54,896 nucleotides of DNA from a virus (Duplodnaviria > Caudoviricetes). Shown piece after piece: positions 34,149-44,600 of the stretch. The notes beneath the pieces are model-generated. The model had not been told where the DNA came from and did not search any database. It saw only the letters and a list, made by a program, of their open reading frames with translations. Every line of letters starts with the position of its first letter. Position 1 is the first letter of the stretch. The DNA is taken from IMG/VR virus record IMGVR_UViG_3300045538_000396, positions 1 to 54,896 of that record. One strand, 5' to 3'. Made by a program: the position numbers and the translations under genes.

Positions 34149-35273
34149 ATGAGAGAAAGAGATAAAGGAAGAGCCCAGGAACGTAAACAAAGAAGAAACG
34201 TACTACTACTAGACAATAAGTTGTCTGACAAAGATAGGATACAGGTTCTCTTGTCTGAAATAACAGCCATGCGTGGAGAAATTAGAGACGCTAAAGCAGA
34301 GGCTCTATCGACTACGTTAATCAAAAATGAAATATTTAAACTATCCGATGCAAATCTAGATATACCTAAGTGGTTGTATCAAACAAAACCACAGAGCAGT
34401 AAGGTACTAGGTATTCCAACTATATTTGCTAGTGATTGGCACTATGGGGAAAAAGTATTCGCCTCTCAAATAGGTGGAATCAATTCCTTTGACCTTGCCA
34501 TTGCAGATAAACGAATTCAATACCTAGTCAATAATTCATTAGACATTTTGTTTAATCATTTGGCTAACCCCAAATATGACGGGCTTGTATTCCCGTTAGG
34601 TGGAGACATGTTCTCCGGAAACATACACGAAGAATTAGCGAATACAAATGAAGAAGAGATGATGCCTTGCGTATTAAGATTAGCGGGTAGGATTTCGTGG
34701 GCTATTAGCGTGTATCTACAACACTTCGACCACATCCATATTCCTGTTGTTACCGGTAATCATGGAAGAACAACACGTAAGCCTATCCATAAAAACAGAG
34801 TCTATTCAAATTATGATTGGCTATTAGGTTGTATTCTTGCCAAAGAATATAAGAATGAAAAAAGAGTTACGTTTCAAATCTCAGATGGAACCGACTGTCA
34901 ATTCCAAATATATAATCACCGTTACCTACTAACTCATGGAGACCAATTCTCAGGTGGAGATTCTATTATTGGTGCCATTGGAACAGTAGCGAGAGGCGAC
35001 TCTAAGAAAAGAAATAGAGAATCACAGATTGGTAAACCCTATGACACCCTTATTTGCGGTCACTTTCACCAACTATCTATTATGAAGAAACTCATCGTCA
35101 ATGGCTCACTTAAAGGCTACGATGAGTATGCTTACGCCCACAACTTCCCCTTTGAGGAACCTCAACAAGCCATGTGGTTGACTCACCCTGAACATGGTAT
35201 TACTTTTAATATGCCTATCTTCCTGGAAGACAACCCAAAAAAACAACACTACAAACTACCTATTACTTTTTAA
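34149..35273 (+). CDS. Calcineurin-like metallophosphoesterase with N-terminal coiled coil
   Basis: SDWHYGE, GGDMFSG, GNHGR, HGDQ, GHFH and NGSLKG motifs. Confidence 0.9.
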   Translation: MRERDKGRAQERKQRRNVLLLDNKLSDKDRIQVLLSEITAMRGEIRDAKAEALSTTLIKNEIFKLSDANLDIPKWLYQTKPQSSKVLGIPTIFASDWHYGEKVFASQIGGINSFDLAIADKRIQYLVNNSLDILFNHLANPKYDGLVFPLGGDMFSGNIHEELANTNEEEMMPCVLRLAGRISWAISVYLQHFDHIHIPVVTGNHGRTTRKPIHKNRVYSNYDWLLGCILAKEYKNEKRVTFQISDGTDCQFQIYNHRYLLTHGDQFSGGDSIIGAIGTVARGDSKKRNRESQIGKPYDTLICGHFHQLSIMKKLIVNGSLKGYDEYAYAHNFPFEEPQQAMWLTHPEHGITFNMPIFLEDNPKKQHYKLPITF

Positions 35274-35281
35274 GGAGAGAA

Positions 35282-35833
35282 ATGAGTTTAACTCTAGAAA
35301 TAAAACCTGACTACCATACCTTCGAGGACAAAGATAAACTTGCACAGGTAGGCTTTATTCACTGTCAACGATATCTTAAAACACTGCCAAATGTTCTTGC
35401 TGTCTTTGATGTACAAGCAGATAAAAAATACCAAGAACTTGATATTGATGGGATAGCCGTAATAAAGAATGGCGACTCTAATGAAGAACGTACCTTTGAA
35501 ATTAAGGTAGATACTTACTTTGACAAGAGTCCTAACTACTTCTTTGAAACCATTAGTAACTCCAACAAATGCTCAGAGGGATGCTTCCTTAAGAGCAAGG
35601 CTCAGTATCTCTTTTACTACTTCCTAAAGAAAGAGTTACATATCTTTAAACTACCGGAAGCCCAGGAGTGGCTCAAAAAGAATGGGAATAACTACAATGT
35701 AGCCAAGGCTAAGAATAGGTACTACTATTCAGAGGGGCTACTGGTTAAGCGAGAAGACTTCATCCGTGATAATAATGTTAAAATTATTGATGTCAGGGAT
35801 GGCAAACTTATTAGTGGAGATGACAATGCCTAG
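35282..35833 (+). CDS. PD-(D/E)xK restriction-endonuclease-like protein
   Basis: YQELDID..TFEIKVD..NYFFET..G..KSKAQYLFYYF motifs. Confidence 0.7.
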   Translation: MSLTLEIKPDYHTFEDKDKLAQVGFIHCQRYLKTLPNVLAVFDVQADKKYQELDIDGIAVIKNGDSNEERTFEIKVDTYFDKSPNYFFETISNSNKCSEGCFLKSKAQYLFYYFLKKELHIFKLPEAQEWLKKNGNNYNVAKAKNRYYYSEGLLVKREDFIRDNNVKIIDVRDGKLISGDDNA

Positions 35834-36080
35834 AAAAGAACCCAGAAACTATAAAGAAGAATATGGTGAGTATCATGCTAAACAAACTCAAAAGAAAAAT
35901 CGTGCTGCTCGTAATCATGCTAGGGATATCATGGAAAAGAAAGGTCGAGTACGTAAAGGAGATGGTAAAGCGGTAGACCATAAAACACCACTTATGCGTG
36001 GTGGAAGTAAATCTGTTTCAAACCTACAAGTTATGTCTGCTAAATCAAACCGAAAGAAAGGTATTAAAAGGAGCAAGTAA
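35826..36080 (+). CDS. HNH endonuclease
   Basis: RKGDGKAVDHKTPLMRGGSKSVSNLQVMSAKSNR. Start moved to ATG 35826. Confidence 0.85.
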   Translation: MPRKEPRNYKEEYGEYHAKQTQKKNRAARNHARDIMEKKGRVRKGDGKAVDHKTPLMRGGSKSVSNLQVMSAKSNRKKGIKRSK

Positions 36081-36196
36081 TGCACAAAAAAGAGTGGATA
36101 CAAGAAGTAAAGAATAAACCCAACGCCTCTAAACGTGGCAAGCCAATTGTGGCAAATAAACCTTCCATGCGTAGAGCAGGAAACCGAGGTAAATAA
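36080..36196 (+). CDS. Basic mini-protein (38 aa)
   Basis: AGGAG RBS, TAATG coupling, MHKKEWIQEVKNKPNASKRGKP... Confidence 0.55.
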   Translation: MHKKEWIQEVKNKPNASKRGKPIVANKPSMRRAGNRGK

Positions 36197-36197
36197 T

Positions 36198-36305
36198 ATG
36201 AAAAAAGTTACTAAGAAAAAAGCAGAGAAAGCCCCTAAAGCGAAAATGGCTAAAGGAAAAATGCCTTTCGTTATGTTCGGAAAAAAGGAATCTAAGAAGT
36301 ACTAA
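36198..36305 (+). CDS. Lys-rich mini-protein (35 aa)
   Basis: GAGGT RBS, MKKVTKKKAEKAPKAKMAKGKMPFVMFGKKESKKY. Confidence 0.6.
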   Translation: MKKVTKKKAEKAPKAKMAKGKMPFVMFGKKESKKY

Positions 36306-36306
36306 A

Positions 36307-36468
36307 ATGAAAACAGAGAAAGCAGTTTGTCCATTTTGTAAAAAAAAGTATCCACTTGATGAACTTACAAAATACTCCGACAAACTGTTTTTTTTGTTCT
36401 GTAAATGCCCCCAATCTATGGGCAAATCTCAACCCTGGAGAAGTGATGACAAAGAAAAAAAGCGTTAA
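36307..36468 (+). CDS. Zn-ribbon mini-protein (53 aa)
   Basis: CPFC..CKC motifs, fills the gap in the operon. Confidence 0.55.
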   Translation: MKTEKAVCPFCKKKYPLDELTKYSDKLFFLFCKCPQSMGKSQPWRSDDKEKKR

Positions 36469-36703
36469 TCTATCCGTGGGTCGTGGAGAAAAACTTCCTG
36501 TTTCTAAGGGCGCAGGACTAACGGCCAAGGGTAGGGCTAAGTATAATAGAGCAACCGGCTCTAACCTTAAAGCACCGCAACCACAGGGTGGTCCTCGCAA
36601 AAGGTCGTTTTGTGCTAGGATGAGTGGAATGAAGGGACCTATGAAAGACGAAAAAGGCAGACCGACAAGAAAGGCTGCTTCACTTAAACGATGGGGGTGT
36701 TAA
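36446..36703 (+). CDS. DUF6321-like basic phage protein
   Basis: GAGLTAKGRAKYNRATGSNLKAP..RKRSFCARMSG..SLKRWGC. GGAG RBS before ATG 36446. Confidence 0.8.
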   Translation: MTKKKSVNLSVGRGEKLPVSKGAGLTAKGRAKYNRATGSNLKAPQPQGGPRKRSFCARMSGMKGPMKDEKGRPTRKAASLKRWGC

Positions 36704-36805
36704 ATGCAAAATCACTACGAAAGAATGAAAAACCTATACGGTAGAAAACCTTTTCTATCGGGATTCATTACCGGAATGCTGTTAGTATTTCTGGTTTGTT
36801 GTTAG
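36704..36805 (+). CDS. Membrane mini-protein (33 aa)
   Basis: MQNHYERMKNLYGRKPFLSGFITGMLLVFLVCC fills the gap between two genes. Confidence 0.45.
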   Translation: MQNHYERMKNLYGRKPFLSGFITGMLLVFLVCC

Positions 36806-36806
36806 C

Positions 36807-37139
36807 ATGAAGAGAGGAGAAAAAAAATACCTAGATAAGTTATCGGGTATGGGATGCTATTGCTGTAAGGTTGACTATGGTATAGAAACCCCAGCCAATA
36901 TACATCATATAAGAGAGGGACAAGGCATGGGACAACGTTCTGAACATATCGGTGAAACTATACCCCTATGCGAAGGTCATCATCAAGGTAACTTTGACAC
37001 AACGAAACTAGCCTTCCATAATAATCCCAAGCAATGGAGAGAGAAGTATGGTTCAGAGGCAGAGATTGCAAGGGGCTATCATACTTTGATTCTCAAACTA
37101 GACAGTGAAAACCCCGGATGGGATGGTAACTTTGATTAA
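36807..37139 (+). CDS. Ref-like (DUF968) HNH recombination-enhancement nuclease
   Basis: GCYCC..PANIHHIREGQGMGQR..TIPLCEGHH..KYGSE motifs. Confidence 0.85.
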   Translation: MKRGEKKYLDKLSGMGCYCCKVDYGIETPANIHHIREGQGMGQRSEHIGETIPLCEGHHQGNFDTTKLAFHNNPKQWREKYGSEAEIARGYHTLILKLDSENPGWDGNFD

Positions 37140-37404
37140 AAACATAACTGACTTTATAGAAGAATCAGGGTATATGGATGAGAACATCATTCTTTATGAT
37201 GGATTTGAGTCTGCATTTATAGGTATCTCAGTACAAAATAACATGTCAATGGCAACCTATGACTACGATAAGTGCCTTAATATACTTATAGATAGAGATA
37301 ATATGTCCGTAGAAGAGGCTGATGAGTACATGCAGTTTAATGTAATAGGTGCACATCTTGGGGACTCTACCCCTATCTTTATCATGTGTAAAATTAACGA
37401 TTAA
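37105..37404 (+). CDS. Conserved phage hypothetical protein
   Basis: DGFESAFIG..YDYDKC..EEADEYMQFNVIGAHLGDSTPIF motifs. Confidence 0.8.
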   Translation: MKTPDGMVTLIKNITDFIEESGYMDENIILYDGFESAFIGISVQNNMSMATYDYDKCLNILIDRDNMSVEEADEYMQFNVIGAHLGDSTPIFIMCKIND

Positions 37405-37475
37405 ACGACCATTAACCTAGGTCAAGGCTCCCAGGCTTACTTGGGTAGTCCGGGGCTCGAGAAGGGGCTTAAACG

Positions 37476-37694
37476 CTATTTAATGGTAAATTTATCTACC
37501 GTACTAGCACCTAGGCATACGCAAATAACCGTTACCGCCCCAGTAATGAGTTCAGGAGACGGCGCATAATTAATATCGGTAAAAGAATTACAAAAAAAAG
37601 TAATAAACAAAGTAATCGAACCCACCATAGCAATGAGCCGTTTGGTGCTAGGATTTTCTCTTTCATCGGTGAGCACCTTTTTGAGCCATTCCAT
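37476..37694 (-). CDS. Holin-like membrane protein
   Basis: PSTKRL followed by two hydrophobic helices, in the lysis cassette. Confidence 0.65.
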   Translation of the reverse strand: MEWLKKVLTDERENPSTKRLIAMVGSITLFITFFCNSFTDINYAPSPELITGAVTVICVCLGASTVDKFTIK

Positions 37695-38062
37695 TATTTT
37701 TTATTCCTCTTAGGTCTAACTACTTTCTTTTTTGACCGTACAGCCTCTAAATAAACCTGCAGAACTTCTCCAGCATCATCTTCTTTTTTCTTTATAAAAA
37801 CTGAAGCGGCACTCATTAGTGAGTAACCAATAAAACCACAAATAAATCCAGACGCTAACTGCCATTCCCAATTTTGGTAGGGAAGTTCAAAGTAAGCGAG
37901 AACCGGCACACCAAATACAATTGAAAAGATAACGGACAAACCGCCACGATAGAATCCATCTTGAATACTTTTTGCGTGAAAAAATCTTAAAGCAGAAGTA
38001 CCACCCAAAAGACCACCCAAAGCAGAAGAAAGTTTATGTTGTAAATATTCAAGCACAACCAT
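37694..38062 (-). CDS. Putative holin
   Basis: About three TM segments and a basic C-terminus, downstream of the endolysin. Confidence 0.7.
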   Translation of the reverse strand: MVVLEYLQHKLSSALGGLLGGTSALRFFHAKSIQDGFYRGGLSVIFSIVFGVPVLAYFELPYQNWEWQLASGFICGFIGYSLMSAASVFIKKKEDDAGEVLQVYLEAVRSKKKVVRPKRNKK

Positions 38063-38065
38063 AAG

Positions 38066-38173
38066 TCACCTTCCCTGTCCTATGTAAAGTTTAACACGCT
38101 TAGACTTAGGCCCAGTTTTAGGTGATTTTGTAACCTTGGTTTTGTATTGGAAGCGTAATTTCTCTTTAGCCAT
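38066..38173 (-). CDS. Basic mini-protein ending YIGQGR (35 aa)
   Basis: MAKEKLRFQYKTKVTKSPKTGPKSKRVKLYIGQGR. The Y-x-GQG end motif is common in aquatic phages. Confidence 0.6.
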   Translation of the reverse strand: MAKEKLRFQYKTKVTKSPKTGPKSKRVKLYIGQGR

Positions 38174-38624
38174 TTGCCACCCTAAACAAAGAACCATCTT
38201 TCGTTTTATTTCCGTACAGTACCGAACGCCTAGGAGTCTCGCCATCTTTAGCAATAGCAATATGAATCCATGTAGAGCCACTAGAACTTGACTCTAGGAT
38301 AAGTTGGTCGAACTGCAGGTCGCTGTCTCTAAGAGCGTCAAAAACAGTATGAGGAAATTTGCCATGTACATTGAAGTCACATGCCCTGCAGTCTTTGTGG
38401 GCAGAATTTTTACTGCCACCGACCAATTTATTTAATTCTTCATTGCGATAAAAAGACATTATTCTAATGGGTAGATTAAAAATACTTCTTACTTCCTCTA
38501 AAAAGTTGCACATTCTCAAAAGATTTGATTTAAGATTTTCTGGAATAGTATTATTAATATTTTTATTTTTAGCGGTATCCGAATGTTCAGCCTCTGCTAA
38601 GGTAAAGTGCTCTGTAATTTTCAT
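38166..38624 (-). CDS. Endolysin, peptidase M15 family
   Basis: ITEHFTLAE, SFYRNEELNKLVGGSKNSAHKDCRACDF, FDQLILE and WIHI motifs. Confidence 0.92.
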   Translation of the reverse strand: MKITEHFTLAEAEHSDTAKNKNINNTIPENLKSNLLRMCNFLEEVRSIFNLPIRIMSFYRNEELNKLVGGSKNSAHKDCRACDFNVHGKFPHTVFDALRDSDLQFDQLILESSSSGSTWIHIAIAKDGETPRRSVLYGNKTKDGSLFRVANG

Positions 38625-41600
38625 TTGATAAGTCCATACTTCTTAAAGGCTTTACCTTGTAATTCAATAATTTCATCTTGTTGTCTGTTAAATTTATCGA
38701 GCGTCTCTTTGAATTCAGGAGTATTCATAGTTCCGTTAATTCTAGACCTTCTAACAAATCGGTTTCTTTCCTCAGTAACATTGCTTCTTTTCCTAGATAA
38801 ATTTATAAGTTCTTTATTGTTATATGGCATTCGAGCACTAGCAATAAGTCTCTGAGCAGAAACTTTATCTCCGGCATCTTCAAACTTCTTAATAATTGCG
38901 TCACTTCTTCTCCTCTTCTCGTCAAGTTCATAAATTAACTGAGCATTTCCGCCAGTTTTATCTGCCGTTCCAAAGGGCAATGGCGAAATGAGAGGATTAG
39001 ATGTAGGTTTATATACTGTTTCATCTCCTATTTCAGATAAAGATTTAACAAGTTGAACTGATTGTGTAACTGCACCAGTTGCGTAAACCTTAAATAAATA
39101 CTCAAAATCTTGGGGACTAAAATCAAGTTTTCCGTTTGTTACTTCATACAAACCTCGTGCAATATTATCAGCAACAGGGTTGGTACCCGCACGTGCAAGC
39201 ATCCATTGAGGAATAAGGCCCTGTGGGTCTTCACTTTTTATTTTAGAACCCGTCCAAGACTCGTTCGTAGTAGTAGCCACAAATGGTTTTAAGAGCGTGG
39301 GGGATAGATTCTGTATGACTCCTTCTGCACCTCCACCACTACCCGTGAATGAGAAAGAATTTAAAATATCTTTAGTAGCAGTTAAAGCATCCATATCGCC
39401 ATTAGATAACTTACTTAAATTTCTTCCAAGTTGAAATAACATACCAAGACCACGGATTCTGATTTTAATATATGAACCATCAGAAGCAGGCAAAACCATG
39501 TATTGTCTTTTAATGTAATCAGGAATTGCTGAAGAGTCTAAACCATCCATTTCGTCATACATAGATTGTTGTACCATTCCTGCAAGAAGTGCACTACCAA
39601 TTAGTCCCAGGCCTTTTTTCCCGGTAAGACTCTTAAACACACGCGATTGGCCTGCAATATTGGCCGTTGTGTAAGAATAAAATCCGTTTATTTTTCTAGT
39701 AATCAAACCTTTTCTGTCAAAATTTGCTGTTATATCCTTACCCAACAAAGTGGCTTGGTCTAAGGACATCCCTGATTTTCTACCTTCTTTGTAAGAGGCA
39801 AATCGTATAGAGTTCTCAAGAGAGTTCATTTCAATACTGACAAGATTACCAATACCTTCCAAAATCTGTCTACCGCCCTGATAACCCGCGCCTTTCCTTA
39901 ATTTAGCAGATAGATTATCTGTAATTTCACTGATAACAAGATTATTGTCCTCAACGAAGTTATGAGAACCCCCCTTAAGGTAGTACTCATTGTATTCACT
40001 TAATAGTTGGTCTTTCTTAATTGCATCATCAAAAGCCGCTCGATTACCGTCTTCTCTTAACTTCTTCATTAATAAGTTATGTTTTCCAACAGTTTTAATT
40101 GCTGAAGGTATTTGTTGCGTAATTGCCCATCTTTTACCTGCTATGGGAGTATTGGTTATATTAGTTAGCATATCAAAATAATCTGCTGTAAAATTTTTAA
40201 ATGCAAAAAATGGATTATAGCCCGTGTTCAAGGCGTTCCAGTTTTTAAGAATTTTAAAGTAAGCCTTACCAACAACACCCGTTGGCATCCAACCGCTATC
40301 CAAAGAACCATTATAAAGTTTTGCCATGTGCATGGCTATTTCATTAGTAGTATCAAACGCAAGATAAATTTTCTTGGACACACCTTGGCTATCAAATATT
40401 TGTAATGGAACTATGTTATCAGCAGGAGGTGGGACAGAAATTTCTTTAACAGTTAGTTGCCCATTTTTATCTACGTATGTCTTTTTAATGATTTTACTAG
40501 AAAACCCTTCAGATAATTGTTTTGCATCACTGTAGTTCATTCCACCTTCAACCAAAGCGTTAACAGTACTCATGGTTTCGGGGTCAACAATGGCAACAAA
40601 ATTCTTTTCAAATATATTGTTTTTAAGACCTAACTTTACAAAATTATATAAGGAATTTTGTGCGGGCGCAAAAGCAACAGCCCTTGCTCTTTTCTTTAAC
40701 ATCTGCAAGGAGTGTTGTAAAACTTCTCCTCTAGGTTTTTCACTATTTCCAATTCTGTATTTTAATGCAATATCAAGACCTGCAAATCCCATTGCGCCTC
40801 TTTCGTTATAAACGTTATACTTGGTAAAGTTCGGTGAGTTTAAAGAATCTTCATAAGCATAAAGAGGAGCGTAAGTTTTATATTTTGTTGTTAACGATGT
40901 GTAAGTTTCCATGGGTAGTATCCCAGCCGTAACGAGTTCTTTTAATGAACTATTTAATAAGTTGGTAAGATTCTCATGGGCTAAAGTAAATACCTGATTT
41001 AGTCTTGGTTCTCTTCTAGCCATATCTGCCAACAATTTATCTGCCTCTACCTTGGACCGAGGTGGCGTAAGTTGTCCAATCATTTTAGGTTCTTTTTCAA
41101 CCCACTCTTGGTAAGCAACATTTAAGTCTTCGGCAGACCTTAACTCTACAAATAAATCAAAATCAACCATAAAGTCTCCAGCAGCCGTTTTTTTACTTAT
41201 ATTAGGTCTTGTTTTCACGTATTGACTAAAAGCCACTTGCAACGGCTTCATAATTTGTCCATCAAAAATTGCTTGAGAAAGATTTATGTTTGCATTTTTC
41301 TTCTGATTTGCCAAAGATAGTTGCAGGAAAGCATTAAAATTGTCTGGAAGGGATTCACCTAGTTTAGTTTCAAGTTTAGAAACTAATTTCTGTAATGGTG
41401 AGTCATCACTAATCCAATGATTTTTAAATTTTTCCCATAGTGTAAATTTTTCTTTGTTATCACTTGCTTCGTCAAGCATTTTTCTTCGTTTTTTAGAAGT
41501 AGCAAAGAAGTCAGAACCACCACTGTCGTCTATTTCATCAGGTGGTTTAGGGGGTTCGGGAGGTACGGGAGGAGTATTTCTACTTTCTTGTCGACTACTA

Positions 41601-44600
41601 CTTTCTTGTCGACTACCGGCAGTTGGGGTAGCATAATTGTTATCTTTAGAAGTTAATCTTGCAATTGGTTCTTCTGCTGAAGACATAGATACATTAACCG
41701 GCTCTCCATTATTAAATACCTGAGCAGTTTGATTGGTAATAATTGGAGGCACTTCTTTTGTAGACACTTCTTCTGAACCCTCCCAAGGGTCATCTAGGTC
41801 ATACCAGTCATCTGGGGGTTGTGGTCCGTCTTGTAGACGTTGCTCTGCCGCTGCTTCTTCATCGTAAGATTCTTGGGTTCTCGGAGCGGGTTCTTCCCAC
41901 TCCAAATCTCTTGGGTCTTGTTGTGGGTCTTCTAAGTGTTGTCTATCGTTAGCGTAGTATTCTCTTTCATTCTTCATCGCTTGTAATTCCTGAAATTCCG
42001 CAACTTCTTCAGCCGTGGCTTCTCTAGAATTAAGCCATAAATCATCTGAAACTTCTTCTGCACCAAGTTGTTGATTCTTTTTGGCTTGATTAGCGGTAAC
42101 GGCAGTAGGGTCAGTAAGCATTGAAGATGGAGGTAAAGACCCGGACTGCGCATTAGGTTTAGAGACGTTACCAGTAGTTTCGGGCTTACCGCGAAGCGTG
42201 CTTGACTGTTGTAAATTAAATTGGTTAGCACGCGTAATGGCTGAAGCAGACACACGAGCACTCTCATTATCTGGTACTTTCATATTCATAATGGTTGAGT
42301 TTGAATCTGTTCTTAGTAAACCATCTCGTACTCCTTGCAAAATTCTTTTTTGTTCACTTAAAATACTAGAAATATTTAAAATATCATCAGCAGCATATGC
42401 ATTGTCACCCAAACCAGCATCGGCTAAGGTTGTTTTTCCATCTAATCCAATAGCAGGCTTGTTAGAAGTGCCTTCAACAAGTTTGTAAGTAACTAATTCA
42501 TACTTATCTTTAAATTTACCATTCTCATCAAAATAAAGTTGTTTTATCATGTTATCTTTGGGGCTTTTAGAAATTTTTTCTAAGTCGAAACCGGTACGTT
42601 CAAACTTGAGCCTAGAAGAAATTTCTTTATCAGTAACAACATCTAGATTGAGGTCTGGCAATTTTTCAATTCCGGTAACAACATATTTTCGTGTACCTAC
42701 TTTAAACACATCGCCCGCTTTATTTAACTTACGCCCATTACTTGGTTGTATAAGAGCCGTTTTTAGATAGGTATTTACACCATTAACGTCTACAACCGTT
42801 GATGATAATGCATCAAACCCAAAAGACTTTGCGTTTGGAAAAGTATTATTAATTATGTTAAGTGTGAGATTGCCAACGAGTCTGTTCTTGTTGGGCTCTA
42901 TATTTAGTTCAATAATTTTTTCTTTTTTATCCGAAAAAGAATCATAAAGTTTATTTAAGTCATCTCTTGATGTCATTGTATCCGTAAACTTCATTGTATC
43001 TCTTACTAAAACTTCATACACAGCAAGTTGGTTTTGAATTTCTTCTATTTTTGATTTTGTTGCTGCTAAAATTTTATAGTTTGCATCTAACGCTGAGTCA
43101 GAATTTCCTTCATTGGGGTCTAAAAGTGATTCAAAATTTCGATTTTCGTTTTTAATTTTACCTAAAAGTTCATCGCCAAAAGACATCCCACTTTCACTAT
43201 TAAAACTACTCTCAGTAAGCAATTTAATTATTGGTTTATTTGCTTCATCGGGATTATCAAACTTATTCCTGAATAAATTTGCTTCTTTCATAAATTCTCT
43301 AAATTGCTTAACAGAAACTTTATCTTTTGTTGTGGGCATTTTTTTAAGTAGTGCCTCAAACATTGAAACAATTCTATTAATTGACTCAATTCTAGCATTT
43401 GTAAATGAAATTTCGTAATCACTAGGTGCTGCATCTTTAATGACTTTTTCTTCGATTAATTTTGCTCGGCCTTCTTTTGTCAATCTAAATTTTGCCTTGT
43501 TTATAGTGTTTTTAAGAAATGATATATCCGTTTCAAGTAAGGGTCGTATCTCATTTACAATACGTGATGCGTCAACTTCAGCGGCAAATTGTGATTCTTT
43601 TTTAAACTCTATAGTATCCAACTGTTTTAATTTTATTGATTTTTGTTCGTTTTCTTTAAAGATTTTTGCAAATGATTCTGCTTTTCCAAGACGAGACCAA
43701 ACATTAGATGCTGAATCTAATGTCATAAATCTATTGCTAACATTTTTAGTTAAAGTATCATTTAAAATTTTCTCTTGTTTATCTTTCTTTTTTTGATATA
43801 TATCTTTTAACTTATTATTTAAATCCTCCACGCTCCAAATATATTCTAAGCCATCGTCTTTATATGTCAGTTCTTCACCCTTGTCTATTAAGAGGTCAAG
43901 TGTTTGCTCTTGAGTTTCAAAGCCTCTTACTTTGGCTTCTTCGACCCATCGTGAGTCGGCTCCTGTTGAACCACCGCTTCTTAAAATAAGTCCTTCAACG
44001 TTTCCTTTTCTTGCTTTTTCAATCCTTTTTATTGTATTATCAATGGCATTCTTACCCCTAAAACTTAAGTCTCTGTTACCAATACCAGCATACACATTAT
44101 GTTCTGCATTGATTGGAGGCTCTCCCTTCATCGGAGAAAAGTATCCATTTTTTTGACTTTCATACCATTGCTCATCAAAAAAGTAAACCTTTTTGCCAAA
44201 AGCAAGAGCAAATTTAACACCATATTCTGTTCCACTAGGTTTTACTAAGTATTGCTCATTATTTACTCTTTGTAACTTACCAACAGCAAAAACAACATCC
44301 GCCTCATGAACAATATAATAATTTCTTCTTACTAATGCTTCTTTAAATCTAGTTTTGCGTCTTTGAAAACCGTCGGGAGGTTTTTCAATATTTTTTATAA
44401 GAGAGTCAAAATAATTTATTCTATTAACGCTATCTTCAAGTCTTATTAAATTAGAATCAATTAATGGGTTTTTACTTAATTTAACTGCTTTAATCCCACT
44501 ATAATCCAAGCCCCTAAGATAATATAAACTATCTTGGTTATACTCTCGAATTAGAATTGTGCGTCCTAAAAGGTTACTTTCTATCTCTTCTAAAGTGTAT

